From NCBI RefSeq assembly GCF_006345805.1, contig NC_043000.1, positions 61,752,001 through 61,816,000 on the forward strand: 64,000 nt of DNA, read 5' to 3'. Origin of the DNA: Octopus sinensis (taxonomy: Eukaryota). Numbering within the stretch: the stretch's first letter is position 1; the number at the start of each line of letters is the position of its first letter. The position numbers and the translations under genes were made by a program. The notes beneath the pieces were generated by a model. The model saw nothing but the letters and a program-made list of their open reading frames with translations, did not search any database and was not told the origin of the DNA. Shown here one piece after another: positions 13,154 through 31,935 of this stretch.

Positions 13154-13686
13154 GAGTGAGAGAACAGTGAATGCCATCAAAGTGACACTGGGGTAAAATA
13201 TACGAAGCCCAGTATACCCACCATAACTACCCGTCTGATAAGAGTACACTAGGCACATGCATCACAACCATATGTGTGCAACATGATGATCTCATATCAA
13301 GATAAACAGCACATGACCTTGCAGGTGGGGCCCAGTTAGAATTTTCATCTGGTTGAATAGCTCATCCCGCTCAAAAGGTCCCTGAAGATGGGTTGTTTAA
13401 GGATGTTGAACGAAACACCCATGTTTCCAGAGGTGAATCATCTAAACCTCTAAGAATTCCTTTCAACATACGGCTGTGATGATCCCTCACTACTTCTGCT
13501 TGTGATCAGAGATGCACATATTGTCAGCCACTAAGGTCCTGGTTAAGGTCAAGCAAATCTGTGGTATTGAGCAGAATATTTGCTGTAGCCCATCCTTTAT
13601 ACCACGACAAAACAATGTACATAACACTTCCAGTCAATTAAGATCAGAAGCCATGAGAGCCACTGCCTGGTACTGCATCAGAGCAT
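13153..13686 (-). mobile_element. ~530-bp non-coding interspersed element flanked by (ATT)n on both sides
   Basis: GC-richer island between two (ATT)n tracts; the minus strand ends CTCTCACTC(AAT)n; no homologous ORF. Recognised from memory as an abundant octopus repeat. Confidence 0.65.
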
Positions 13687-13716
13687 TTTATTATTATTTA
13701 TTATTATTATTTCTAC

Positions 13717-13785
<69 letters not shown>

Positions 13786-14049
13786 CATCATCATCATCAT
13801 CATCATCATAATCATCATCACCATTGATATCACTGGTATTATTGTTTTTATGTGTAGTTGTAGCAGTGGTTGCAGCAACGAGCAACATTAGCATGGGTGG
13901 GGTAGTGATAAGGGTGGTAGTTGGACGTCAGACTCCTGTGCTATCATAATAGTAGTAGTTGTAGTATTATTGTAGTATTAGTAGTATTTAGTTACAGCAG
14001 CTACAGCATGTTATTATTTTTATTTTTTTCATTATCACGATCACCACTA

Positions 14050-14396
14050 CTACCATTGTAGTGGAATAGTTGGACAGCAGATTGGTGAATAGATAAAAAA
14101 TCTACACGTTTATAAATAGATTCGGCAGATGGTGGAGAGGTCAGCCATAGAGACAAAAAAGATCTTCGCACCTCTTCGGTTCAGCAGAGGCCAAATGTGT
14201 TTACTACTACCAGTGGCCGCTGACAACGTTGCCTTGAAACAAAACAATTTAACCTGTTTTAGTCCATCGTTCTTTGGTTGGTTTTATGGTTTGGTTTTTA
14301 CAGTATTTACTTTTTGACAGAACAACGCTCATTGACATGTGTTGAGCGTTGTTCTGTCAAAAATTATTATCATCATTATTATTATTATTATTATTA

Positions 14397-14446
<50 letters not shown>

Positions 14447-16800
14447 CATCATCATCATTATTAGCAGTAGGTTGAGCGGTGGTTTTTCCTGCTAGCGAAT
14501 ACCTTATTCAATTTGCTGTCGAGGTCACTTGTTCTGTAGTTAATAGCCTTTCTTCTATGCTTAATTTCCCAATGGTATGCTTTCCATCTTATTCTACGCA
14601 CAAACTCATTGGTTCTATGTATTAGTAGGCCCGTATACAAGTCTTGGCTGTGGATGGGTATATCTCATTTGGTTGCCTTCGTACCCTCTCTCTACTTCCA
14701 ACCAATACCCACTGAATACCCCTAAATTCTGTGTATCTCTGTCCCTTTCCCTGTTCCCCTGGTCATTTAGCATTAGCATTAGATAGAGATTCCTTTATCC
14801 CGATCCTATGCCTGACTGGCTTGTATGCCTTTATTTTTTTATTTTTCCTTTACCCTTACGTTTGAATTATTTATCATTTCTTTTTTACCTTTATCCTGAC
14901 CTCTCCTTACATCCCACTGCTCTAAGACTACTATAATAAATTATTTCCCAAACCCCACTCTAGTCTACCTATCTAGTCTAGCAGACTCATTCTCAACCGG
15001 ATCATTGACCTTATATATCATATTACAAACTTTCAAGAACTATATTCTTAATCTAAGCGACCAGCATAGTTGATCATTCTCCCATTTCATAATTGGCCTG
15101 TACAGACTGTAGCCACATCCCCGCTGTATTCTTGGCATATTCTTTTGTTTGTAAAATTACTTCTCATCTCATGATTGCGTTCTTTTATAATGAAGTAATG
15201 TTCTCATTCTTCTATTAAAAAGTTACGTAAAAAACAGCTGTAATGAGCCGACAATTATCCATTGTATGTTATCATTCATTTTATTATAATACACCAAGGG
15301 ATTTTACGACTTGTTGGACATCCAAAAGTATACCAACAACGTAATATTCAAAGTAACGCGTGATTTGGACCAGCCCCTTAGGCGCTAAATACTCACAGGG
15401 CTGGTTTTCTCTGTGTACACAACCGAAATACCCTTTCTGATGTTTCGACTTCCATCAACCATAGGCTGGAACCACAGAGATTACCCAATCCCATCTGATT
15501 CTATCTGAATCTTCATCTTACTACAGACACACACATAGGTATACATGTAAGTAATAGAGACATTCATTGCTAATAGTTATTATTATAAAAGGTATTTCCG
15601 CTTGCTCAATAGTCCTCAACCACTGTTGTTGAATACTGAAATTAACAGAACATCTAGCCTGGCAAAAACTATAAATATATGTAACATTTACATTGATATG
15701 TCTGTAAAATCCCCAGTTTCCTTTTGTCTGATAAAAACTTTTATTAAGAGGGATGTGGAATTTCCGATAATAATATATTTTATTACGTACTAAATATCTT
15801 CTGTGCTGTTAATTCTCTTAACTCTTTCATCTCAGTTTCGCCTTCATAAATATTATCTATCAAATTATTGTAAATTATGGTAAATATAGTTCGATGTTAT
15901 TCAGATATTGTATGATTGTATTCTACTAGTTTCGTATGCTAATGATTTCAATTTTTCAACATACTTGAAATGAAAATGTCTACAGTAACAGGAAAATTAT
16001 TGAGACATTTGTTTAAACTGTTGAAATTTCACCGTGGTTATCTTTGCCTTTCATCCTACCAGTTACTGTTAATAAAGTATCAGTCAAATGCATACCAAAT
16101 TAATATAACCTTTCTCTTCAGTTCAATATGTGGCTCTGTGCAAAACTAAGTTCATATTTACCATTTTAATCATAATGTCAGTTTCACTGTGGATCTTCAG
16201 TATAATAAACAATTTAAAGATATCCGTCATTTCAATGTATCAGTGTTATTATTTCTCTTATTATTTTCTAATAAAACTAACATATAATGTATGGCGTTGT
16301 GGTGAAGCTCGATTTACAACTGGCTATTTTAAAATTCAATCTCACTGCACAGCATTTCCTATATCGTGGAGTCGGTCAAATATTTGGCTGACCCAAACTG
16401 TAAATCAGATAGCAAAAATATTAGAGTATCGAACAAAACACCCAGTGGTATGTGGAGCCCATACTAATCATAATCTGATGTCAAATATTGAACAAGTCAA
16501 CCTACGCTTCGACAGCCCGTGATCAATAGACTATGCACCAAATAGTAATGGCTTGGCATAAACGATTAAAAACCTGTGAATGACTGCAGTCAAGCAATGG
16601 AAACCGGTAAATTAATTGAATAATAGAAAGGATTATCAATAATATATCACTAGAGCATTGTCCAGTATATGGTAGGTAGCTATAAGAATATACTTCTGCG
16701 ACTATGGTAATATTACGTAATTTTATATAGTTATAATAATTATATAATATATTCCTACCCACCAGTCTCGGGAACCTTTAGAAATAATACTGTTTACGCT
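14050..16800 (+). pseudogene. Toll-like receptor relic P3 (LRR, LRR-CT, TM, TIR) with a Penelope insertion at ~14.35-15.47 kb
   Basis: KIFAPLRF and VALKQNNLTCFSPSFF (ORF 14129-14317); YIDMSVKSPVSFC (~15690); ORF 16130-16522 = TM FIFTILIIMSVSLWIFSII plus TIR-like CTAFPISWSRSNIWL...IAKILEYRTKHPVVCG...LMSNIEQV. Confidence 0.5.
14463..14700 (-). mobile_element. Penelope-like element fragment (N-terminal to RT)
   Basis: Minus strand reads HRTNEFVRRIRWKAYHWE...KVFASRK, matching the PLE motif E.FIKRMRWKA..F. Confidence 0.6.
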
Positions 16801-17270
16801 ATGTTTGTGGAAATGCACACGTTTGGGAGTCAAATAATGTCACCCCTGATTGAAACCAAAAAATAAGTATAATGATTCATTCTACAACTGATGGAATTCC
16901 ACTAAGCATTTTGCCCGGTGAGCTAACGATTCTGCAAGCTCGCTGTCTTAGACATGATAATAATTAATAATAATAACTAGCAATCATGAGTTAGTTGCGC
17001 ACCATTTAATTTTAAAAGGCTACAGTACCCAGCCAGTATATGGTTTCCCATATCTGTATGTCCTTCACCATTCTCATCAACGACACTCCAGTGTGATTCG
17101 TCAGAATAGGAGGATCCCTGCTCTCCCACGGTGGTTCCATGTTTCTCACATTCTTCTTATATACACGTTGGTCGATTTTTACGTCGACTCGTGATGTATT
17201 GATATACAACGCATCACAAGTTGGCGTGAGTGTATGTATGACGAGGGTAAAATCGAATTGTATGTATACT

Positions 17271-17760
17271 TAGTGGCATTTCATCCGTCTTTACGTTCTG
17301 AGTTCAAATTCCGCTGGGGTCGATTTTACATTTCATTCGTTCGGGATCAGTAAGTTGAGTACCAGGGGACGATGCAATAGACCGCCCCTCCCCCGATATT
17401 TTAGGCCTGGTGCCTATAATTGAAAGGATAATTTATTATCATGTCTCAATGCTCTTTACGTTCTGAGTTCAAATACTACCAAGCTAGATTTTGGCCTTAA
17501 TCTTTCCTTAATCGATAAGATAAATACTTGTTGAAAACTGGTGTTGATATAATATACCCTGAAACTGCTGGCCTTTCGCCAAAATTCGAAATCATGAGCT
17601 AGCAGATTCGTTAGCTCGCGGAACAAAATGCCTAGCATCATTTCGTCCGTCTCAATATTCTGAGTTCAAATTTTGCTGTGGTCAACGATGCTTTTCATAA
17701 ATTCAATTATATGGTAACTGAGTACAAGGGGTCGAACTTGTGTTTGCTGGCCTTTTGCTA
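17271..17760 (+). mobile_element. Three adjacent degenerate SINE family A copies
   Basis: (G/A)TTCTGAGTTCAAAT at ~17295, ~17460 and ~17657, each with family body and tail remnants. Confidence 0.75.
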
Positions 17761-18642
17761 AAATTGCTACCTACTGTTCATTTACATCATGTATTTGGGA
17801 TATGTATATAAGGATATACGAATATATATGCATACACACACACATGCACACATACATACACAAACACACATACACAGACACACACACATATGAATATATC
17901 TTATTTACATATACAAGTATACACATGTATATGAGTATATATATACACACACATATAAATATATACGTATCTCTCTCTCGCTGTCTCAGTCTGTCTGCCT
18001 ATCTGTCTCTCTCTCTCTGTCTCTCTCTCTCTATCTCTCTCTCTCTCACACACAAACACATACAAACACGCACACACACATACACACAAATACACATTCA
18101 CACAAAACTCAGTACACAAATACACAAACATTCTCTGAAATATTAAGAATAATGTACAAACTCAATATCCACAAGTGACATTAGGAAAACTTACTGATTA
18201 AGAAAAAAATAGATTAATTATGTAAATTACTACAATATCTGGAAAATTTTTCACAGAAAATAAAATCCATTAAAAACAACTATTTCTTTACGTCATAAAA
18301 ATTCTTTTCTTTAGTTCTGCATTTCTAAGATCAACTTGGACAATTTTCTCAAACGTTAAGATGAAATATTTGTAAAGAAAGATCATAGTGTCAGTAAGCT
18401 TTTCAAGAAATGTATGAAGTATATATATATATATATATGTATATATATAAATATGTGTGTGTGTGTGTTTGTGCATTTATAGATATGCATTTATGTATGC
18501 ACATACACACACGTACACACATATATTTATATAGCAATTAAAAGAAGTGAGGTGAGATATGTGAAATGTACTCGGTTACAGGCGTTTCGTACTCCTGTTG
18601 TTTATATGATAGTTGTTACATCAATATCAACACACATATAAG

Positions 18643-18715
<73 letters not shown>

Positions 18716-18719
<4 letters not shown>

Positions 18720-19170
18720 TTTGATCACTTTGACCGACCAGTCCATCAGGCGTCCATTTGACACCGCTGGTCACAGCACGCTGTCCACTCCTCTCTGGAT
18801 CGCGGCTTTCTCATCCACGTGATCCCAATCGTCCTCTTGAAATCGTCAGTCCACCTTCGTGGAGGTCTTCCGGGTGGTCATTTCCGCTCACGCGGGTACC
18901 ACTCGTCAACTGCGTGCGTCCACCGATTATCGGTGAGCCGGGCGACGTGTCCAGCCCATCTATACTTGCTGCGAGTTGTAGAATGAATTATCTTGTTATG
19001 GATAATTCGGTTAACCGATCCCTGGGTAGCAGTTATCTAAAAGTTTTTTGTGCATCTTGATGTTGACATAAGTTCCTTGATTTTCCTGATGAGAAAGCGG
19101 CATAAAATACTCCTTATTCCTTCGCAATTAGGAATATGCAGCCTTCGAAACATATGTCGAAAATAAAGGA
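18716..19170 (-). mobile_element. 3' fragment of RTE-clade LINE
   Basis: Minus strand reads KYRWAGHVARLTDNRWTHAVDEWYPRERK*PPGRPPRRWTDD, the RTE C-terminal motif; ends at (TA)n. Confidence 0.85.
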
Positions 19171-19235
19171 ATTTTGTTAATTCGTCGTTCAACTCCATTC
19201 TTTCATAGGTTTATATATCTATCTATCTATCTATC

Positions 19236-19308
<73 letters not shown>

Positions 19309-19349
19309 ATATATATATATCAGAATCGAAATCGATCAATGGAAATCGA

Positions 19350-19715
19350 TCAATGAAAATTGCAGATGTGTTACCAGTGCCGGTGGCATGTAAGAGAACT
19401 TTCCGTTTCGCGACCGTTGCCAGCACCGCCCCGTTTCGTGTCCGTTGCCAGCCTCGCCTGGCCCTCGTGCCGGTGGCACATAAAAAGCACCATCCGTTCG
19501 TGGCCGTTTGCCAGCTCTGTCTGGCACCAGTGCGGGTGGCACGTAAAAAGCACCCACTACACTCACGGAGTGGTTGGCGTTAGGAAGGGCATCCAGCCGT
19601 AGAAACACTGCCAGATTTGACTGGGCCTGATGAAGCCTTCTGGCTTCACAGACCCCAGTAGAACCGTCCAACCCATGCTAGCATGGAAAACGGACGCTAA
19701 ACGATGATGATGATG
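19350..19715 (+). mobile_element. SINE-like element with (ATG)n tail
   Basis: Internal repeats TGCCGGTGGCAC..AAAAAGCACC; GGCGTTAGGAAGGGCATCCAGC; tail ACCGTCCAACCCATGCTAGCATGGAAAACGGACG(ATG)n. Confidence 0.75.
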
Positions 19716-19718
19716 ATG

Positions 19719-19750
<32 letters not shown>

Positions 19751-20624
19751 ATAAGCATATATAAACAAATGTATAACCCTGTATGAACCCACGTATAAAA
19801 TATATAGAAGACTGCTGATTTGGGAACCGACAGACCAACCGTCAGAAAAATACATGGCAATTGAAAATATCAACACTACGACACAGAATAGTTATGATGA
19901 TGCATCGACATGCAGTAAATGTATTGAGCATGTTGTCATTTATGATTTGCGTTAAAGGAGCAGTCGTCATAGAACAATAAATTTTAGAGGTAGAGGCTGT
20001 GTATAAATACTCTAAGATAAAAAAATAAATAGATATTAAAAAATCAGAAAATAAAATACTTTTGTCAAAGACTTTACTGTCGAAGAAGAATATGTGTACT
20101 AAAATAGAATTAATTCCTAAATAGAGACAGGCGGATCAGTTTGGTATTAATTTAGGTGAATAAGATTATAAATGAATAAATAAAATTAAATTAGCAATAA
20201 AAAAAGCATATGGTCAATAGGAAGAGAAGAACAGAAAGGCTGCACAAAATATGGCTTCAAAGAAAGCTCAGAGACACAAACGAGGCATGAGTTGTTTGGA
20301 TTTTATGCTCTGCTGGTTTTGAGGGATGGTAACGTATTCTGAAGAAAATTATATAACATCGACGACACACACATTGCGAATAATCCGACGTACATTGGCA
20401 CGCACGTTCATACATAAAGTGAAATGAAGTACAAGAAGTAAAATCTGGGAATATTTCCAAGTTTCGTACTTATGTTATTGTTCTCTTTTCTGCCAAATCA
20501 CTATGTTACGAAGACCTAAACAGACCTAAACAGTACAGCTGTCAAGCTGTAGGAGACCAAGGATGCACATATTCAAACATACACACATTCAAATACATAT
20601 ACACATACATACATATATACATAC

Positions 20625-20679
<55 letters not shown>

Positions 20680-23600
20680 GTATATATCTTTACATCAGTC
20701 TTCCACACAATTACTGCCTAACAAATAATTTATTCACCAGACATTTGCTGGCCCAGAGATATAGTAGAAAAAAACCCCTCCAAAGTATCATGAGGGACTG
20801 AACCCGAAGCAATCTGGCTGCATAACGAATTCTTAACTGCACTCCCATGTCTGTTTCCCGTTGTGTTAACTAATTCTCACTTACGCTGCGTCTAAATGTC
20901 ATAGGAGTAGATAGAAAGCCCAGTATAACACATCATAACTACACGTCCATGGTTTAGCCATGTAATAAGATTTATCAAATGCGGACCAAGTAATCGTATA
21001 TTGATAAGATTTAATAGTATTATAAAGTGAACGTGTAAAATATTTCAAATTTACAATGTTATATATATTTGTGAAAAATCTCAAGGAAAATTTATGCATT
21101 TTGTAAATCAATTTAATTACTTAATCAATTGTTGTTTGTTTGTTTTTTTCATAAAATTGATCGTAAAGTTGTTTCAATTTATTGTACATCAAATATTCAT
21201 TATTGTATCGATTTATAAACTCGACGTTACTGATTTATTATTCGATGTTAAACAAGTAATTTGATAAGCAGTCTTCATTTTTCATAACAAATGGCGTAAA
21301 AGGTGGTGGGGAGAGTTTTATGCGTTATGAAGTTTTGTCTCAAGCCTTAAATAGCTAATCTTAAATGTCATGGGTTCATTGGATTCATGTATAGTAAAAT
21401 GCTTTAAGGACTTCGGAATATATCGAAGTCTTAATATTTTATATACATTTTTTTATATATATTCAAACACAAAGAGCAAGTTCTAGTATAGTGAGTAAAA
21501 AGTTAAAATCAGATAATTTTTACTATTAAATCAATAGTGTTTTGATAGAATATCTAAAAACAAATACAAAAAGGAAAGAAGCTACCGACTAATTAATTCC
21601 TTTCAAAACTGGTAACCGAGGTGTTTATACCACGACAATTTTACCAATATATATTTAAGGAAGTGATTTCAAAGTAAAAGCGACCTGCGACCAGTATAAT
21701 TTTGCATGAGATCTTTGCGAATGTGACTTGTACAAATACAGAAGAAGACTTTGCAAAACAATGCAAACTGGATGGGCCAGTTAACTCGAGGCTAGAACCT
21801 GTGAATTCATCCATCTATTCTCTGCCCCTATATTAATATGAAGATTCCGTTGCTTAAATGCGCCTGTCTCGGAGTCGGCATGGAATCAAGCGTATATGAT
21901 TAACAACATAAGTTTGTAGATTTAAATGCGGTTGATCCTAGAAGGTGAATGCAACGTTTCTGCTACGGAATACTTACAATGACAGGATTGCGGATTAGTT
22001 AAACGTATTTAACGGGATCGCAGATATGTCGGTGATTTATGTAGTACTAGGTATAACAGAAAAGAAATATAAATAAATTGGAAGTCAGGCAATTAGAAAA
22101 AATGCTGTCACAAAGAGGCTAGTGTCGAAAATGGCCATGGACAACTTCATCATGCAAAATATGAAATCTACGAAATTATAGTTTAGACGTGTACTTTATG
22201 CACGAGGGAATTAGATCTGTTCGAAAGATACAGGTGGCGGAGGCTCCGACATGCGTTTGACTTTACAGTTGTTTCTGCTTCACCAATTTCGGACAATCAA
22301 TGGGCAAAAATCGATAGTAGAGTTCAACGTCCACATCAGCGGCTTGTTGCAGCTCTCTGCAGCAAACGCAACGTGCTGCAAAAAGTCGATAACAGAATAT
22401 AATGTATAGTTAGCTGTAAGTGATTGCCCCAGGGCAATTTGCTTGACTTTCTTGGTCTGCTTTACGAACTTTGTGGATACATTCCAAACTTGTTTCATAA
22501 CTACTTAAGAAACTTCTGTAATTTGAAGAGTGTGGATACTGCTAGCTAAGGACGTGCACAATACATACGTTATTAATAATCTCAGACCTGAATCTTTCGA
22601 AGGCAGAATTTAAGATGTTGGCCAGGGTGCTAGCATGTTGGCACTTGTACTCTTTTCTGGTCTCTCTCTTCGTACAAATACGTGTATATATATTGGTGTC
22701 CACGTGTATTTCTCTGCATATGGTAGAGGGAGAGAGATAGGGTACAGAGAGAGAATGGTATATAAATAGTGTTTTGGTGCGTGTATGTGCCTGTATGTGC
22801 GTAACTAACACCCTAGAATGAGTGCCAACACTTTCGGCTCCACTGCTTGGCGTGAAACCAATCTATACATGATAAGATAAAATCCTGTATGAAAAATACA
22901 TACTCTGGCTTAACAGAGCAAAGCTTTGCAAATTTCAACTGAAAATACAAGGGATCAACATGGGTGGTAACGCATTGAAATAACATTTCAAAGTTATACA
23001 ATATAAGACCCTAGATAAACATGCATTACAGAGGTTTATACGATAGTAGTGGTCTCACACTGCATCACTCAGCAAATACCATCTATTGAACAAATAATGC
23101 AGTAGAAACAAGTGACAATTGCGTCTGAACATTCCCATAATCCACTGACCGAAGCTAATCAGAAGTGTATATACTTATGAAGGGTTTGTGTATGTATGTC
23201 TGTATTCATAAGTTTATGTGTGCGTGAACATATGTGACACTTTCTTTTTACATCATTTAACTTGGATGATCTAACTGAATAAGCGTGCAAAGTGAAATGG
23301 AATATAACGTATACAGATACTGTGTATATACGTAAAATAATCTAAGTTACTGAATTGTAAACGATGGAGGTTATGCTTGACGATGTTTCTAACATTATTG
23401 ACATGAGAGCAACACAACACGAAGCAATAAAGCATATTGTAAATAGCGTATTGCTGATAGAGTGTATTGACGGATCAATGCAGGCAATACTCTCCTTGCA
23501 AAGCACATCGGTCAAGGTTACAAGCTGGGAGAAAATAACAGCACGAAAACAGCTCAAAACCGTTGAGAATTGGTTATAAATTCACTTTGGCGTGTTAAAT

Positions 23601-24258
23601 CAGAATTATTCGTTCTGTTTTTCTTTCTCTCTATCAACACGCAAATGCACACATACACATGAATATACACATACACTCACAATCACTCTCTTTATACTGC
23701 TCTCTCTCTCTCTCTCTCTCTCTCATACACAGAGAGATATACGTAAACACAAATGCAAAAGCATATTGGAGCACAAACCACAGAACCATATATTTTACTC
23801 TTTTTAGATTATCAATTGTTCATATATGTGTGCATACACGTGTGGGGATATCAATGTGTGAGTAACATAGTTTTTTCTAAGTGTCTATGTTTTGCAAGTG
23901 TGCTTTTTGATTTCAACTTTGTACGGAGGATCTCAGACATAGAGTTTGCAGCAAATTTCTGCTTCATAGAAGATCTGTTTGTTTTATGGTTAGATTCGTT
24001 TTTCAATATATTTCTCTTTTCCGCCGAAAACGGATGTTATCTAAATTTGTCTATTATGTATGGTCTAAAGAGAAGTGATGCAGTTTTCCTGACAGATCTC
24101 CTGTCCCGGTGAGCTATCATATATATTTGAGACAGTGAATATTTGCTGCTTTAATACTAATATTTGATAGTAAATATTTAGGCAAAACATATTTACATGC
24201 CTTTTATAAATAACATAGCCTTGGACGTGTCGTTAAGAGGTCTATTGCGTAAACCTCG

Positions 24259-24297
<39 letters not shown>

Positions 24298-24361
24298 TCC
24301 TGTACCCTTGTGTGTTCGTCTTGCATATATCACTATACACACACATATATGAAATAACTAC

Positions 24362-24406
24362 TTCTTGCTGATGATGCTCAAAGAAGCAGAAATCTAGATT
24401 CAGCAA
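24362..24406 (+). ncRNA. Minimal type I hammerhead ribozyme motif (near-canonical)
   Basis: CTGATGA (24368-74), stem II TGCT/AGCA with 6-nt loop, GAAA (24389-92), palindromic stem III ATCTAGAT, AUU triplet. Stem I is short (3 bp). Confidence 0.55.
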
Positions 24407-25735
24407 TCCCATCCTTGCTGCTGGAGACTGGTCGTCTGCTACTGATATAATACTGTGCTTTTTAGTATTAGATGTTTGTGCGAGATATTGTATCATGCCT
24501 TTATGAAATTGTGTTGCAAGATTCCTGTGTTGAAACAGATTTTGCTATTTCGCACTATTTATTCGTTCTTCACTCGTTTATTATTGTTCTTATCTCATCT
24601 CATGTCCCTTGCCTGGAAATCTTTTGTTACACATCTGTGACCCCTTCAGTGATCTTTTCTATCCACGTCTATCCTCCTGCCCTGCTTATTCCATTCTCTG
24701 GAATGATAGATGCCTTTTTATTTAGTCTCGTTTTGCATGGATGCATATTTACATATTTTGAATTAAATGCATTTAACATATTTAATATATTTGATGTGTC
24801 TAACCTGTTTATCCTCATAATTGGCTATGTATGTATGTATGTATGTATGTATGTATGTATGTATGTATGTATGTATGTGTGTATGTATGTATGTATGAAT
24901 TTGTGTGTGCAACCACAACGAATGTATGCAAATCATATGAGTATGCTAGACTGTGTCAGAAAGAAAGCTAACGCACGAATGTTTTGTCCTTTCATTTCTC
25001 TACAGCTATTACAAATGGCCTCTGCCGATCGGAGCTAGCTAATTGCATGCTATACCTACAGAATCCCAGCCGATGAATAGATCCCCCCCCCCTTGTTTTC
25101 GTCATCTTGATATCATACGAACAAGTAAATATCCCTTCTTAAAATTTTCTGGAATTCCTATCTTACGCATGTACTTTTCTACATCTACCGAATTTAAGAT
25201 GCTCAACATCTAAACATCTATCTCATAAACCTCATCAGGACTGGGAAGCGAATATGCACAACAGTTTTCAACTGACAACATCACAAAAATTGAACGTACA
25301 TTACATTATGGCTAGCATTTAATACGCTCAGTAACAATCTCTAGGCGACATCCATAATGTAATTACAAAACGAATATTTGCGTGTTATATTACTCTATCG
25401 CTTTCATTTGTGGGCATTTAAAAACGCAAACACAATCACTTTATCATAACAAGTATTACCAATTCAATTTCACTTGCTGATTAACCTATGTCACCTCATT
25501 TACGAAAAACATGATTTGACAATTTATTTCATCTTATACTACAATATATAGATGTTGTTTAGCCCCAGGTGAAATATCATCTAAGAGATTTATAATGGAA
25601 GATGAACAGCCATGACCATCCAATCTGTTTATTGAATAATGTAAAGAAATATATATATAATTTGTTGTTTCCTTGTTTACAAGCAACTTTATAAGAATGC
25701 ACACTCTGGCTTGTACAATATATATATATATATAT

Positions 25736-25789
<54 letters not shown>

Positions 25790-25799
25790 TTTATTCCTA

Positions 25800-30900
<5,101 letters not shown>

Positions 30901-31099
30901 ATTTTCTTATCAAGAAACCTAACCTTCTCGTGTTCTTTCGCGGTATACTTTGCCTACAACATTTGACTTGCAACTACTACAGATCAACGATAGCTGCGTC
31001 GATAATACCGGTTTCGAAGGGCCTACGTGGTGGTAGCTAAAAAGGAATCGTTACTTTCAGGTGGTGTATAAAGACATAGGGGTGGTCATGAAGGTGATG

Positions 31100-31933
31100 T
31101 GAAAGGGAGTTATTGGGGGAGGTGTGACTGTAAATGATATGTATGGGAGCATCTTGTTAGAGGGAGAGAAAGGGACAAAGAGATGGTGGATATAATGATA
31201 GAGTAGGAGTGGAAACGATTACAAGAATTGAGAAAAAGATTCATCCAGATTGACAGGCGTATTAATTTTGAAAGAGAAAGTAAGATCCTTCTGGAAATGA
31301 AAGTTGAGGTAGCTAGGGATGCTTCCCGCGCCAAAAACCCAGAAGTGTAAGGTGGAATGATCGGCAGAGCAAACATATTTAGAGCAGGTGGCCTGTTGAC
31401 AATTCGGATGTATTTAAACCGCCCCGGGAACCTGTCACTTATTCGGCGACTGGATTGCGCGACATAGAAAAAAATTACTAAGTAACAGAAAATTTGAATG
31501 CTACTAGAGGTGAAGTGGAGTGAGTTCTTAGTGTAAAAGATGTTTTAGTTGGACGTGGTAGGGGTGTTGGTGTCAAAGAGGTAATGGCAGATGCAATAGT
31601 GTGACGTGGTGAGGATTCAGGGAGGATGATGATCTGAGTGGAAGAGAAAGCTATGGAAAATGACACTGCAAAGGTTACGGGCAGCCTTAAAGGAAGGACC
31701 TGGCAGAAGAGGGGGAAAGGGAGCAAAAGTGGATATCGTCAGGTTACAAATGGTGGAAAAGGCGAAGGATTTTGCGTTTTAAGAACAGTTTACTGTTAGG
31801 GATAATAAAGGAAAAGGGGATATAGTTGCTGGAATTTTAGACGTGGAGTGTGGGTGCTATGGTACAATCCACGGCACAGGCGTTGGAGAAGGCAGATTGA
31901 ATAAGGTAGCCACGGCGAAACTACATGTGTATG
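31100..31933 (-). mobile_element. Penelope-like remnant (RT thumb/linker and GIY-YIG C-terminus)
   Basis: Minus strand reads RGYLIQSAF...YIPF...ILRLFHHL, PPL..SFKAARNL...HSFL, SDRF...LPDHS and NLDESFSQFL*, paralleling PLE motifs RGYP..AF, PPL.AFRR.RNL and GLNE.FS. Confidence 0.6.
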
Positions 31934-31935
31934 TA

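Larger units (their letters stand above)
18130..25150 (+). pseudogene. Toll-like receptor relic P4 (LRRs, LRR-CT, TM-adjacent region, TIR), heavily interrupted
   Basis: KQLFLYVIKILFFSSAF (18274), IHPSILCPYINMK (~21805), NVFNGIADMSVIYV (22002), FRRVLYARGN*I (22182), INNLRPESFEG (22572), QGINMGGNALK (22948), SHNPLT (~23133), LRR-CT-like ORF 23364-23579 (IIDMRAT..IEC..LQSTSVKV), FINNIALDV..RK (~24200), YTYRIPADE (25051). Confidence 0.55.

Noticed and set aside
13380-13430. CTGAAGA...GAAA resembling a hammerhead
   Set aside because: TGGGTTGTTT pairs with GAAACACCCA, sequestering GAAA; no stem III/NUH geometry.
19625-19650. CTGATGA followed by AGCC/GGCT hairpin
   Set aside because: No GAAA after stem II; it is part of the SINE tail.
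21690-22060. Possible hAT/MULE transposase relic
   Set aside because: No catalytic motifs found; the peptides fit LRR consensus better.
22268-22400. Small acceptor-led ORF (VVSASPISDNQWAK...KR) resembling a secreted peptide exon
   Set aside because: No upstream signal-peptide exon identified, and it lies inside LRR relic P4.
31005-31060. GAAACCGGTA palindromic stem III on the minus strand after the Penelope remnant
   Set aside because: No recognisable CUGANGA at suitable spacing, and no stem I.
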